From a bacterium (GTDB lineage Bacteria > Zhuqueibacterota > Zhuqueibacteria > Zhuqueibacterales > Zhuqueibacteraceae): a DNA stretch of 64,000 nt. The stretch spans positions 13,120 to 77,119 of the forward strand of contig JBIOXB010000075.1 of NCBI GenBank assembly GCA_044869275.1, in the 5' to 3' direction. The notes under the pieces were generated by a model, which was not told where the DNA came from, did not search any database, and saw only the letters and a program-made list of their open reading frames with translations. Position numbers and translations under genes: made by a program. Within the stretch, counting starts at the first letter, position 1; each line of letters starts with the position of its first letter. Positions 40,676-50,295 of the stretch are shown here, piece after piece.

Positions 40676-43600
40676 ATGAATCCCAGCCGAGTTATATTGG
40701 CGGGCTTTGCGGTTCTCCTTGCCTGTTGCGCCCAAAAAGAAGAGGCCGCGCGAGAAAAGGCTGCGGCTTATTCTTCACCCTCCGACCACGATCTCACCCG
40801 AGCGGAAAACTTTGCCAAGGAAGCCAAATACGATAGCGCGATAACGGCTTTAGAAAGGGCGCGTGCCGGAGATGAAGCCGCAGGAAATTGGGAAGGCGTG
40901 GTGCAGGCGGACAATAAGATCGGCGAATATCTGACGGAAAAAGGTTTGTATGATCAGGCACTCGAGCTGCTGAAGAAGACTTTGACGCTGGGCCAGAGCA
41001 AAATTGGTGAGCAGCACCGTTTGGTCGCGGAAACATATCATAACCTGGGTTACACCAACTGGCGACAGGGCAAACTCGACGAGGCACTGGCGCATCACAA
41101 GAGAGCCCTGGCGCTTCGCTTGGCGGTTCTCGGCGAGCGCCATGCCGAAGTCGGACAAAGTTATCATTTTCTTGGTGAGGTTTATCAGTCGCAAGGGGAT
41201 CTTGATCGCGCCATCGATTTTCACGAATTGGGTCTGTCCATCCGCAAGGCGGTGCTGGGAGAGCGGGATGTCGCCGTGGCCGAAAGTTACAATGCGACGG
41301 CCGGCGATTACTGGTTCAAAGGCGATTATGACAAAGCGCTCGACTATTGCCATAAAGCTTTGGCGATTTGGCGCAACACCGTCGGCGAGCAGCATCCTAA
41401 GACCGCGAATTCCTACGGTAACCTCGCCATTCTTTATGCCACCAAGGGCGATCATGTGCAGGCGCTGGAATTTTTCCATAAAGAGCTGGCCATTCGTCTA
41501 GCGATCTTTGGCGAGCAGCATCCTCGCGTGGCCAACACTTATAGCAACATCGGACTCACCCACGAAATGCTCGGCGAGTATGACCAGGCCCTGGTTTATA
41601 CCGAAAAAGCCCTCGTGGGCATTGCGGCGCGCATGGGAGAGAAGCATCCTTTGCTCGCGAACACTTATAATAATAAGGGAAAGATTCTTCATCACCTCCG
41701 CCATGACGATCAAGCGATCGCGGCGCATCACAAGGCTTTGTCGATTCTGTTGCCAACCGTCGGCGAAAAACATCCTTTTGTGGCTCAGGCTTATAACCAT
41801 ATCGGTGAAGCGCATATCGGCAGGCGGGAGTATGCGCCAGCGCTCGCCTCGTTCAACAAAGCAGCGTCGGTCATGCAAATATTGTATGGCAAGCACCATC
41901 CCGAGCTGGCGCAGGTTTACAATAATCTAGGCAAGACGCACCTCAAGCTGCGCCAGTATGATTTCGCGCTGCAGGATTTTCAGCAATCGATTAGCGCGAA
42001 TATTCCGACTTTGCTCGATGACGATATCTATGGCGAGCCGCCATTGCTCAATGTGCTCTCGGAGAATGATTTATTGCAGTCGCTGAGCGGCAAGGCGCAG
42101 GCTTTCGCCGAGCGCCACGACCATCAGTCGCGAGATCCGCGCGATCTCAAAGCCGCTGTCGGGGCCTATCAGCACGCCTCGCGCTTGATCGACAAAATGC
42201 GCAGCAGCTATAAAGCCGAAGGCTCCAAATTGTTTTTGTCGCGGAACGCCCGGGATATTTTTGACAAGGCGATTCAAAGCACGAGGCGCCTACACGATCC
42301 CGCCGATCGTGAAACCGCGTTCTTATTCGCTGAAAAGAGTAAGGCGGGCATTATTCTGGAGGCGCTTACCGAGGCCGACGCCAAGGAGTATGCCGGCATC
42401 CACGATAGCTTGCTGGCGAAAGAGCATCAACTGCGCATCGATCTGGCATTTTATGACCGCAAACTGAGCGAAGCGCAGATGAATCCCCAAAGCGCGGATA
42501 GCGCCAAAACCGCGCAATGGCGTGACGAGGAGTTTCAGCTCAAGCAAGATTATGAGGCCCTGCTGGAACGTTTCGAGCGCGAACATCCGCATTACTACAA
42601 TCTCAAATATCGCCTCAACACCGTCACCGTGGCGCAGGTGAGAAGTGAGATTTTGAGCGAGAATACTGCGTTGGTGGAATATTTCACCGGCAATGATTCG
42701 CTGTTTATATTTACGATCACTGTGAATGCTTTTGACTTAACTGCCACGGCCAAAGACACTGGGTTTGAAACGGATATTCAGGCGTTGCGCCAGGGCATCA
42801 TTGAGCAGGACTTCGGCAAATACACGCGGTCCGCGCATCGGCTTTATCAAACCTTGCTCGCGCCAGTGGCGGGCAAGCTCGCTGCAACCAATCTGATCAT
42901 CATTCCCGACGCGGCGCTCAGCACAGTTCCGTTTGAAGCGTTGTTGGCGCATCCCGTCGCTGCCGAAGGCGGCTTGCAAGATTTTGCCAGCCTTCCGTTT
43001 GTTTTGAACGATCACTCCTTGAGCTATGCCTATTCGGCAACGCTATTGCAGCAGACGATCAAAAGGAAACAGGCGACGACGAGCCGCGACTACCTGGCCT
43101 TTGCGCCGGTCTTCGCGGAGGGTCTGCCCGTGGGCACGCGCGGCGGGGATCTTTTCAAAGAAAATTTTGCCGCCGGCTCGTCCCAGGTTGCTGCCACAGC
43201 TGCTGTTTCAGCTACACGCATGCGCGGCTATTTGCCTGCCTCCAAAATGGAAGTCACGAATGTGTTTGGCGAGTTTAACGCGCGCTATAATTTTTTTGAG
43301 CGTTGGTTTGGCACGAAGTCGCAGATTTATTTGGAGCGCGAAGCAAAAGAAGAGAGACTCAAGTCGCGCGATTTAAGCGCCTATCGTTTCCTCCACTTTG
43401 CCACACATGGTCTCGTCAACGAGAAAAACCCCAAGCTCTCCGGCTTGGTTTTTGCTCGGGAAGACTCGAGTTCAAAAGAAGACGGCGTTTTGCATTTGAG
43501 CGAGATATATAATTTGAATCTGAACGCCGATCTCGTGGTATTGAGCGCGTGCGAGACCGGGCTCGGACAAGTGGTCAAAGGGGAGGGTATCATCGGTCTG

Positions 43601-43822
43601 ACCCGAGGCTTTCTCTATGCGGGTGCATCCAATCTGCTCGTCTCATTGTGGCAGGTGAGTGATGCAACCACGGCGGATTTGATGGTGGATTTTTATGACA
43701 AGATGCTCGAGGGCATGAGCAAGCCCGAAGCTTTGCGCGAAGCCAAATTGCAAATGATTCGCCGCCATCCCGAATATGCCAAGCCGTATTACTGGGCGCC
43801 GTTTGTTTTGGTGGGAAGATGA
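40676..43822 (+). CDS. Lipoprotein with TPR array and CHAT (caspase-like) protease domain
   Basis: Signal/lipobox VLLAC; many GE.HP.VA.TY.N.G TPRs; IIPD.AL..VPFEAL, HFATHG (His), VLSACETG (Cys), SLWQV, YWAPF. Confidence 0.92.
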   Translation: MNPSRVILAGFAVLLACCAQKEEAAREKAAAYSSPSDHDLTRAENFAKEAKYDSAITALERARAGDEAAGNWEGVVQADNKIGEYLTEKGLYDQALELLKKTLTLGQSKIGEQHRLVAETYHNLGYTNWRQGKLDEALAHHKRALALRLAVLGERHAEVGQSYHFLGEVYQSQGDLDRAIDFHELGLSIRKAVLGERDVAVAESYNATAGDYWFKGDYDKALDYCHKALAIWRNTVGEQHPKTANSYGNLAILYATKGDHVQALEFFHKELAIRLAIFGEQHPRVANTYSNIGLTHEMLGEYDQALVYTEKALVGIAARMGEKHPLLANTYNNKGKILHHLRHDDQAIAAHHKALSILLPTVGEKHPFVAQAYNHIGEAHIGRREYAPALASFNKAASVMQILYGKHHPELAQVYNNLGKTHLKLRQYDFALQDFQQSISANIPTLLDDDIYGEPPLLNVLSENDLLQSLSGKAQAFAERHDHQSRDPRDLKAAVGAYQHASRLIDKMRSSYKAEGSKLFLSRNARDIFDKAIQSTRRLHDPADRETAFLFAEKSKAGIILEALTEADAKEYAGIHDSLLAKEHQLRIDLAFYDRKLSEAQMNPQSADSAKTAQWRDEEFQLKQDYEALLERFEREHPHYYNLKYRLNTVTVAQVRSEILSENTALVEYFTGNDSLFIFTITVNAFDLTATAKDTGFETDIQALRQGIIEQDFGKYTRSAHRLYQTLLAPVAGKLAATNLIIIPDAALSTVPFEALLAHPVAAEGGLQDFASLPFVLNDHSLSYAYSATLLQQTIKRKQATTSRDYLAFAPVFAEGLPVGTRGGDLFKENFAAGSSQVAATAAVSATRMRGYLPASKMEVTNVFGEFNARYNFFERWFGTKSQIYLEREAKEERLKSRDLSAYRFLHFATHGLVNEKNPKLSGLVFAREDSSSKEDGVLHLSEIYNLNLNADLVVLSACETGLGQVVKGEGIIGLTRGFLYAGASNLLVSLWQVSDATTADLMVDFYDKMLEGMSKPEALREAKLQMIRRHPEYAKPYYWAPFVLVGR

Positions 43823-43874
43823 AGGCAAAGCGCGGAAGGCATCGTGCGAAAAAAGTACAGTGCCTCTGCTGCCC

Positions 43875-44951
43875 TCAATCCACCCAGTCCGCAATGAACA
43901 CGTTCGTTTGCCCCGGCTTGGCACCATTGCGGTTGGAACAAAACACCAGCTTCTTGCCGTCATGCGTGAACATGGGGAACCCATCAAATTCGCCGTGAAA
44001 AGTAACCTGCTCCATTTCGCTGCCGTCGATATTGATCAGATGCAAATCAAAATTACGGCGGCGCGGGCTGCTGGTGTCGCTGACATTAGAACAAAAAATG
44101 ATCTGCTTGCCATTGGGATGAAAAAAGGGCGCGAAGTTAGCCGCGCCATTGTTGGTGATTTGGCGCCGGTTGGAGCCGTCGGCGTTCATCACGAACAATT
44201 CCACCTGGCTCGGGCGCACGAGATCTTCTTGCAGCAATTCCTGATAATCCGCCAATTCCTCCGGCGTTTGCGGATGATAAGCGCGATAGACGATCATCGC
44301 TCCGTCGGGCGAATAAAATGCCCCGCCGTCATAGCCCGCTTCGTGTGTCAGGCGGAGCACCTCGCTGCCGTCGATATTCATGGAGTAAAGCTCCAAATCG
44401 CCGTCGCGCAGCGAAGTAAAAACGATGCGCTTGCCGTCAGGTGAGATCGTGGCTTCGGCGTCATAGCGCGGCGTGGTGGTGAGCTGGCGCAGCTCCGAGC
44501 CGTCATCTTTGGCGATGAAAATATCATAACTCGGATAAACCGCCCAAACGTATCCGCGCGAAAAGGTCGGCGGCGGTGGGCAGGAGTCCGCGCCGAGATG
44601 GGTGGAGGAAAAAAGAATATGTTCGCCGTCCGCAAAAAAATACCCGCACGTCGTCCGGCCTTTGCCCGTGCTGGCCAGGTGGACCGCGCTGCCGTCGACA
44701 TTCATCGTATAGATTTGATCACAGCCAAACGGCGGCCGCGTGGACTGAAAGATGATGCGCTGTTCATCGAAGCTCAAATATGCTTCGGCGGAATTTTCGC
44801 CCTCGCGCGTCAACTGTCGCAACGCTCTGAAGTGCGTTTCTTGCGGCAGAATATGGCTGGACTCGTCTTTCACTTTCGGCTTTTGATCACTGCAGGCCAT
44901 CATGAAAAATACCGGCATCCAAAGCATGCGCATCTGGTTTACTCCCATCAT
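43875..44951 (-). CDS. TolB-like/PD40 beta-propeller lipoprotein
   Basis: FFMMAC lipobox-like; repeats SPDGKRIVFTS, YSMNIDGS..RLT. Start uncertain. Confidence 0.85.
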   Translation of the reverse strand: MMGVNQMRMLWMPVFFMMACSDQKPKVKDESSHILPQETHFRALRQLTREGENSAEAYLSFDEQRIIFQSTRPPFGCDQIYTMNVDGSAVHLASTGKGRTTCGYFFADGEHILFSSTHLGADSCPPPPTFSRGYVWAVYPSYDIFIAKDDGSELRQLTTTPRYDAEATISPDGKRIVFTSLRDGDLELYSMNIDGSEVLRLTHEAGYDGGAFYSPDGAMIVYRAYHPQTPEELADYQELLQEDLVRPSQVELFVMNADGSNRRQITNNGAANFAPFFHPNGKQIIFCSNVSDTSSPRRRNFDLHLINIDGSEMEQVTFHGEFDGFPMFTHDGKKLVFCSNRNGAKPGQTNVFIADWVD

Positions 44952-44970
44952 CCTCGTTGCATTCGATAAA

Positions 44971-46002
44971 TTAGGCCGAAATCGCGCGCAGCAATTCCGC
45001 CGAGCGCTCCGGCGGCATCCAATTCACCTGAAAACCGAAGCCGATTTCAAAGGAAGAATAGCCGCGCAAACGCGGAGTGATTTCCACGTGCCAATGAAAA
45101 TCGCGTTCCACCGTTTTCCAATAGCCGCGCTGCCGGCCCGCGGTCAAATTCGGACCGGTATGGATTTCCATTACATAGTTCGGGTCACCCAGGCATTCAC
45201 GAATTTTCACCAACGTCACGCGCAGCAGCCGGGCGAGCGCTGCCAATTCATTGTTTGATTCAAAAAACGTTTCATGGTGCTTGGGCAAAATCCAGGTTTC
45301 AAACGGCGCGCGCGCGGCAAACGGGCAAAACGCCAGAAAACTCTCATTCTCCGCCACCAGGCGTTGCGCATCGTCCAACTCCTGCCGGATCACGTCGCAA
45401 AAGATACAGCGATCTTTGATCGCAAAAAACTGCTGGGCATTGAGCAATTCGTCGCGCACGCGTTGCGGCGTGATGGGAGTGGCCAAGACGTGGCCGTAAG
45501 CATGGCGCGCGTGCGGGTCGTTGCCGTCGCGGTAATTTTTGTGCGCCAAAATATACCGAAAACGGGTGTCGCGCTTCAGATCCAAAATGCGCTCGCGATA
45601 GGCGGCCAGCACTTCGGAGATCTCGTCGTCGGAAAGCTCGGAAAGGCTGCGATTGTGATCCGGGCATTCGATCACGACTTCGTGCGCGCCGATGCCGTCG
45701 TGCATATCGTAAATACCGACGGCGCGGTTGTTGATTTCGCCATGAATTTGCAGGACCGGGAATTTCTCGGGCACCACGCGCACTTTCCAGCCCGTTTCAT
45801 TCCTGCCCGAGCCGGCATGGCGAATCGCAAAAATCTCCGAAGGCGTCTCATGCTCGCGGCCCTGGCAATAGGAACAATTCTCCCCGGGCAGTTTGCGCAC
45901 GATAGGGTGCGCTGGATCCGGCCTCAACTCGGCCAAGTCCTTGCCGTCTTGCACAACGATCGTCCAGATGCCGGTAATGGGGTCGCGTCGGAGTTGATTC
46001 AT
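44971..46002 (-). CDS. GalT (galactose-1-phosphate uridylyltransferase) family homolog with altered active-site motif
   Basis: LRRDPITG.W, CSYCQG.E..TP.E, GAHEVVIE, CIFCD, PFETWILP, FHWHVEI.PR; HxH motif reads HAY. Confidence 0.8.
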   Translation of the reverse strand: MNQLRRDPITGIWTIVVQDGKDLAELRPDPAHPIVRKLPGENCSYCQGREHETPSEIFAIRHAGSGRNETGWKVRVVPEKFPVLQIHGEINNRAVGIYDMHDGIGAHEVVIECPDHNRSLSELSDDEISEVLAAYRERILDLKRDTRFRYILAHKNYRDGNDPHARHAYGHVLATPITPQRVRDELLNAQQFFAIKDRCIFCDVIRQELDDAQRLVAENESFLAFCPFAARAPFETWILPKHHETFFESNNELAALARLLRVTLVKIRECLGDPNYVMEIHTGPNLTAGRQRGYWKTVERDFHWHVEITPRLRGYSSFEIGFGFQVNWMPPERSAELLRAISA

Positions 46003-46264
46003 ACATTAGCCTCTCGAAAAGCGTTTACATGGCGGCGCTCCCCCCACTGCTTTAGATCAAACGGCAAGCCCTCGTCGCGCGCGGCAATTGATGAGGAGGT
46101 TCTCGATGGCGAAAAAGCGGCCAGAATTATCTGAGGTCGAGCGGAGAAACTGCGCTCGCTATAAGTCGATAATGGTAGGAAAATTTTGATATTTTGTCAA
46201 GCGAAAGCTCGGGGGCACTTAATCAGGAAAGTCGTGCGGCTAACGGCAGGCGCACGGCCGAATT

Positions 46265-46798
46265 TCAATCGTGCACCAGGCTTAAAATTTGATTTTCCCG
46301 GCGCCGCATCTGCCGGCGTTCTGCCGGAGTGTGGTCGCCGTAACCCAGCAGATGGAGCACGCCGTGCACGACCAATCGCCGTACCTCTTCGCTCGGTGCG
46401 ACGCGATAGCGCCGCGCCTGCCGGTCCGCCTCTTCGCAGCAAATAAAAAGCGCGGCCAGGCGGGATTGGTCCGGCAAGAAACCCAAATCAAATGTGATGA
46501 TATCCGTCGGGGAGGGATCGCCGAGATAGTCCTGATGCAAGCGGCAAATCACTTGGACATCGACGAGGTTCACTTCGACTTCTGCCGCGGGCTGGCCATG
46601 CGCGGTCCATATTTCCCGTAAAACTTTCTGCAATCGCATTCTGCCGGGCAACCAGCGGCGTGCCCGCGAAATCTGCGGAAATTTCAAGCGCAGGGCAGCA
46701 GGGCGAGCAGCAGCCCGCGCCGAATCTGAGTTCGGGGGCTTCGGCTTTACTCTGCTTTTGCGCGGTGCCGAATTCCTCATCCTTTTCGATGCGTTCAT
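46265..46798 (-). CDS. ybeY: rRNA maturation endoribonuclease YbeY
   Basis: PTDIITF, VHGVLHLLGYGDH; follows phoH and the HD gene. Start uncertain. Confidence 0.88.
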   Translation of the reverse strand: MNASKRMRNSAPRKSRVKPKPPNSDSARAAARPAALRLKFPQISRARRWLPGRMRLQKVLREIWTAHGQPAAEVEVNLVDVQVICRLHQDYLGDPSPTDIITFDLGFLPDQSRLAALFICCEEADRQARRYRVAPSEEVRRLVVHGVLHLLGYGDHTPAERRQMRRRENQILSLVHD

Positions 46799-46834
46799 TG
46801 CCAGCGTGCCGAAAAGATCAGAGCCGATTGGGGA

Positions 46835-49207
46835 TCAAGCATGGGCGGAGGCTTCGTCGCCGATTTCATCGTCTGCTTCCCAATCGCGACCGGAGGGCGA
46901 ACCCTGAAGATCGCGCTTCTCTTTTTGCGCCTCATTTTTTTGATCGACGGGATAAGGAACGCGGCCGTGGAAAATGCCGGCAATCGTGCGCTCGAAACTG
47001 AGCTTGATCTGATTGAGATCGCGCAAGGTCAGCGGGCATTCGTCGAGCTGGCCGGAAGTGAAGCGGTCTGCCACGATCTGATTGATGATGTTGCGAATGC
47101 GGCTTACGGAGGGATCGCGAAACGCGCGGGTCGTGGCTTCCACGGCATCGGCGAGCATGACGATGCCGGTTTCTTTGGTCTGCGGTTTGGGACCGGGATA
47201 ATGAAAATTCGAATCATCCTCGTCCACGTCGTCGCCACGTTCCTTGGCTTTGTTGTAAAAGAAGGCGACCAGATTCGTGCCGTGATGCTGCGTGATGAAA
47301 TCGCGCAATTCCTTCGGCAAGCCGTTGCTGTCGGCGATTTCCACGCCGCGCTTAACGTGATTGATGATGACCAGGCAGCTCATGCTGGGCGCGAGCTTTT
47401 CATGAGGATTTCTGCCGCCTTTTTGATTTTCGACGAAATATTCCGGTTTTTCGATTTTGCCAATATCATGGTAGTATGAGCCCACGCGCGCAAGCAGGGA
47501 GTTCGCGCCAATGGCTTCTGCCGCCGCCTCAGCCAGCGTACCCACGAGAATGCTGTGATAGTATGTTCCCGGGGTGCGCAAGGCCAGTTCGCGCAGCAAG
47601 GGCCGATTTAAATCGGAAAGCTCCAGCAGCGTCGCGTCGGTGGTGACGTCGAACAAATACTCCAGAATCACCATGACGCCATAGGTTAAGATCGGGCAGA
47701 TCAGCGCATTGAGCAGGCCGAAGGCGAGGTTCTCGAGCACGCGCGACCACGGTGAATAATGTAAGGCGGCAAGAGCCAGCACGCTGAGGACATAGGCAAC
47801 GGCGAGATAGAGCGTCGCCTTCAACATCCAGGTGCGTGCACGCACGCGGCGTACCGCCAAAATGCCTGCGATCCCGACGATAATGCTGGTAAGGACCACG
47901 GCAAATTCGTGGCCGCGCAGGCTCGCCAGCATCAGTCCCAAACTGACCGCGCCCACGAAACCCACGTGCGCGTCAAAAAAAACCGTCAGCAGCATCGGCG
48001 CCAGGGCGAGTGGAATCAAATATTCGGAAGCACCGAAACGCTCGACCAAGTTGGCCATGAACAAAACCAGAAACAGGGTCAGCGCGATCAGTATCAGGCG
48101 GGAGAGCCGATAATAGAAATGGTCACGGCGGTAAAACAGATACACGCCCATCACGCCGAGCGACAAAACGACCAGCAATGCCCGGCCCGCTTCGGGAATG
48201 ATCAAAACCCACACGCCCTCGGATTTCTTGAGCTCCGCCTTTGCCGCTTGCAGGGAGGCCAGTTTTTGCAGATGCTCCCGGGTGATTTTTTCGTGGCTGG
48301 TAATAATGCGCTCGTTTTGCAGCACCGTGCCCCGCGCCAGCGGTACGCGCGCCACCGCTTCCGCGATGCGCGCATTCGTCTCTTCCAGCTCATGAGAAAG
48401 ATTGGGCTGCAAAAAGGCGGTGAGAATTTGATATCCCAGCGTGACGGCGGATTCATTCGAGTCCTCTATTTCACGCAGCTTCTGCAACATCACTTGGTTG
48501 ATCGAGGCGAGGTTATGGAGATTGTCCAAGGGCTCGACCATTTCGTCCGCACCTGCGCGCAGCGCAATCTTTTGTGCATATGCCGGCAGCGCCGAGCGCT
48601 CAACATTGAGCAAGCCAATGGAATAGACATCGCGCGCCAGGCGCAACAGCTCATGGCCATAGTCTGCAAAACTCACCACGCCGGTGGTCGCAGGCCCGCT
48701 GTGGCCCTTGAATCCATGCAATAGGAACGTAACGCCGTCCGGTGAAATCACAGTCCTGTGGGAGGCAAAAAGCTCTTGGAGCGCGCGCCCTCGCAGCGAA
48801 TCCGGTGCCAGCGCGTCCAGAATGCGTGCGATGGCGTCCAAAAAACCTTGCAGCGCCACAAGCTGCTGCGCCGCGACGCTGTCGCGGCGCATGAAAACGG
48901 GATAAACCGTCTCGCGCACCAGTTGCACGTCGCGCTGATATTCTTCCGGGGATTTATTGACGGAAAAGGTAAAGGGAGCGATGAGTTGCTCGCCGAGGTA
49001 GATGTCTCCTTCGCGCAGATCAGAAAACCGCAGGGCTTGTTGGCGCGGAAAGAACAACAGCGCACAGGCCACGAAGAGCGCAGCGATGACAAACTGCCAG
49101 CGATGCTCGCGCCAGCGCCATTTGTGCAGGCGCAATTTGCCGAAAGAACGCAACCCGGCTTGAAACCGCGGGCTCAAGCTTTTCGCGAAAGAGTTTTTGC
49201 TGTTCAT
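46835..49207 (-). CDS. 7TM-HD phosphohydrolase (PgpH-like, putative c-di-AMP phosphodiesterase)
   Basis: 7TMR-HDED-like extracellular region, 7 TM, PGTYYHS, YYHDIGK, QHHGT, YPGPKP, MLADAVEA. Confidence 0.9.
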   Translation of the reverse strand: MNSKNSFAKSLSPRFQAGLRSFGKLRLHKWRWREHRWQFVIAALFVACALLFFPRQQALRFSDLREGDIYLGEQLIAPFTFSVNKSPEEYQRDVQLVRETVYPVFMRRDSVAAQQLVALQGFLDAIARILDALAPDSLRGRALQELFASHRTVISPDGVTFLLHGFKGHSGPATTGVVSFADYGHELLRLARDVYSIGLLNVERSALPAYAQKIALRAGADEMVEPLDNLHNLASINQVMLQKLREIEDSNESAVTLGYQILTAFLQPNLSHELEETNARIAEAVARVPLARGTVLQNERIITSHEKITREHLQKLASLQAAKAELKKSEGVWVLIIPEAGRALLVVLSLGVMGVYLFYRRDHFYYRLSRLILIALTLFLVLFMANLVERFGASEYLIPLALAPMLLTVFFDAHVGFVGAVSLGLMLASLRGHEFAVVLTSIIVGIAGILAVRRVRARTWMLKATLYLAVAYVLSVLALAALHYSPWSRVLENLAFGLLNALICPILTYGVMVILEYLFDVTTDATLLELSDLNRPLLRELALRTPGTYYHSILVGTLAEAAAEAIGANSLLARVGSYYHDIGKIEKPEYFVENQKGGRNPHEKLAPSMSCLVIINHVKRGVEIADSNGLPKELRDFITQHHGTNLVAFFYNKAKERGDDVDEDDSNFHYPGPKPQTKETGIVMLADAVEATTRAFRDPSVSRIRNIINQIVADRFTSGQLDECPLTLRDLNQIKLSFERTIAGIFHGRVPYPVDQKNEAQKEKRDLQGSPSGRDWEADDEIGDEASAHA

Positions 49208-50166
49208 CGCTGGTGCATGTCGTATGCTTTGATGATTTCCCGCACCAACTTGTGGCGGACCACGTCGCGATCATCGAGATACACAAAGCTGAGGCCTTCG
49301 ATGCCCACCAGGATCTCGCGAATCTGCACCAGGCCCGATTCCGCCGTGCTCGGCAGATCGACCTGGGTGATGTCGCCGGTGATGATCGCTTTGGAATTGA
49401 CACCCAAACGGGTGAGAAACATCTTCATCTGCGCCGGCGTGGTGTTTTGTGCCTCGTCGAGAATCACGAAAGCGTTGTTGAGAGTACGGCCGCGCATGTA
49501 AGCCAGCGGCACGATTTCGATGATTTGCGTTTCGAGATAACGCTTGAGTTTTTCCGCCGGAATCATGTCGTTGAGCGCGTCGTACAGCGGGCGCAGGTAG
49601 GGGTCGACTTTTTCTTTGAAATCACCGGGCAGGAAGCCCAGGCTTTCGCCCGCTTCCACCGCCGGCCGGGTGAGTACGATGCGATCCATTTGGCGATCGC
49701 GCAAATGTGCCACGGCAATCGCCACCGCGAGATAGGTTTTGCCCGTTCCCGCCGGGCCTATGGCAAACACGATATCGTTCTTTTGCGCGGCTTGATAGAA
49801 CTCCATCTGGCCGGCAGATTTGGGCTTGATGGCAGCGTGCTTGGTATAAACGATTGCTGGCCGCTCATTGAGATGATTATTGCCGGCGGGCGCGTCGCCG
49901 CGTTTGACCACGGCGATCACCGTTTCAACATCGGCCTCGCGCAACTCGCCGTTGCGGTTCAACATCAAGATCAGTTCCGTGAAAATGCGCTCCAGGCTTT
50001 TGACCTCACTTTCGCTGCCGCGCAGGATGATCTCGTTGCCGCGCGCGACGATGAGCGCTTGGAATTGTTTGGCAATTTCGTGAAGATGGCAGTCCCCCTG
50101 GCCCAGCAGTTGCAGAGTGTCGACTCCCCGCAGGCTGATTTTATGCTCTAAGACCGTTTGCTCCAA
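49204..50166 (-). CDS. phoH: PhoH family ATPase (PhoH-like/YbeZ)
   Basis: GPAGTGKTY, RPAVEAGE.LGFLPG, YMRGRTL, DEAQN, GDITQ.DL. Confidence 0.93.
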   Translation of the reverse strand: MEQTVLEHKISLRGVDTLQLLGQGDCHLHEIAKQFQALIVARGNEIILRGSESEVKSLERIFTELILMLNRNGELREADVETVIAVVKRGDAPAGNNHLNERPAIVYTKHAAIKPKSAGQMEFYQAAQKNDIVFAIGPAGTGKTYLAVAIAVAHLRDRQMDRIVLTRPAVEAGESLGFLPGDFKEKVDPYLRPLYDALNDMIPAEKLKRYLETQIIEIVPLAYMRGRTLNNAFVILDEAQNTTPAQMKMFLTRLGVNSKAIITGDITQVDLPSTAESGLVQIREILVGIEGLSFVYLDDRDVVRHKLVREIIKAYDMHQR

Positions 50167-50220
50167 ACGTGCAACCTCTTCAGGGTTTTATTCCTGAACC
50201 GAAAAATTTAACTGGCCCAA

Positions 50221-50271
50221 AAAAACAAAAGCAGGCTACGAGTAGGGCGTTGCCACACTCGCAGCCTGCTT
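50221..50271 (-). terminator. Intrinsic terminator after the LysM gene
   Basis: aagcaggct.cgagt / actcg.agcctgctt stem followed by TTTTGTTTTT on the minus strand. Confidence 0.7.
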
Positions 50272-50295
50272 CTTCAACTTTTGACAAAAGCAAGG

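Noticed and set aside
40676..43822. CHAT protein as part of a type III-E CRISPR (Craspase) system
   Set aside because: No gRAMP/Cas7-11 or array in the window, and the protein has a lipoprotein signal; used only as an analogy.
30330..43870. Peptide locus as an integrative mobile element
   Set aside because: No integrase, transposase, tRNA or flanking direct repeats seen; only a locally AT-richer centre.
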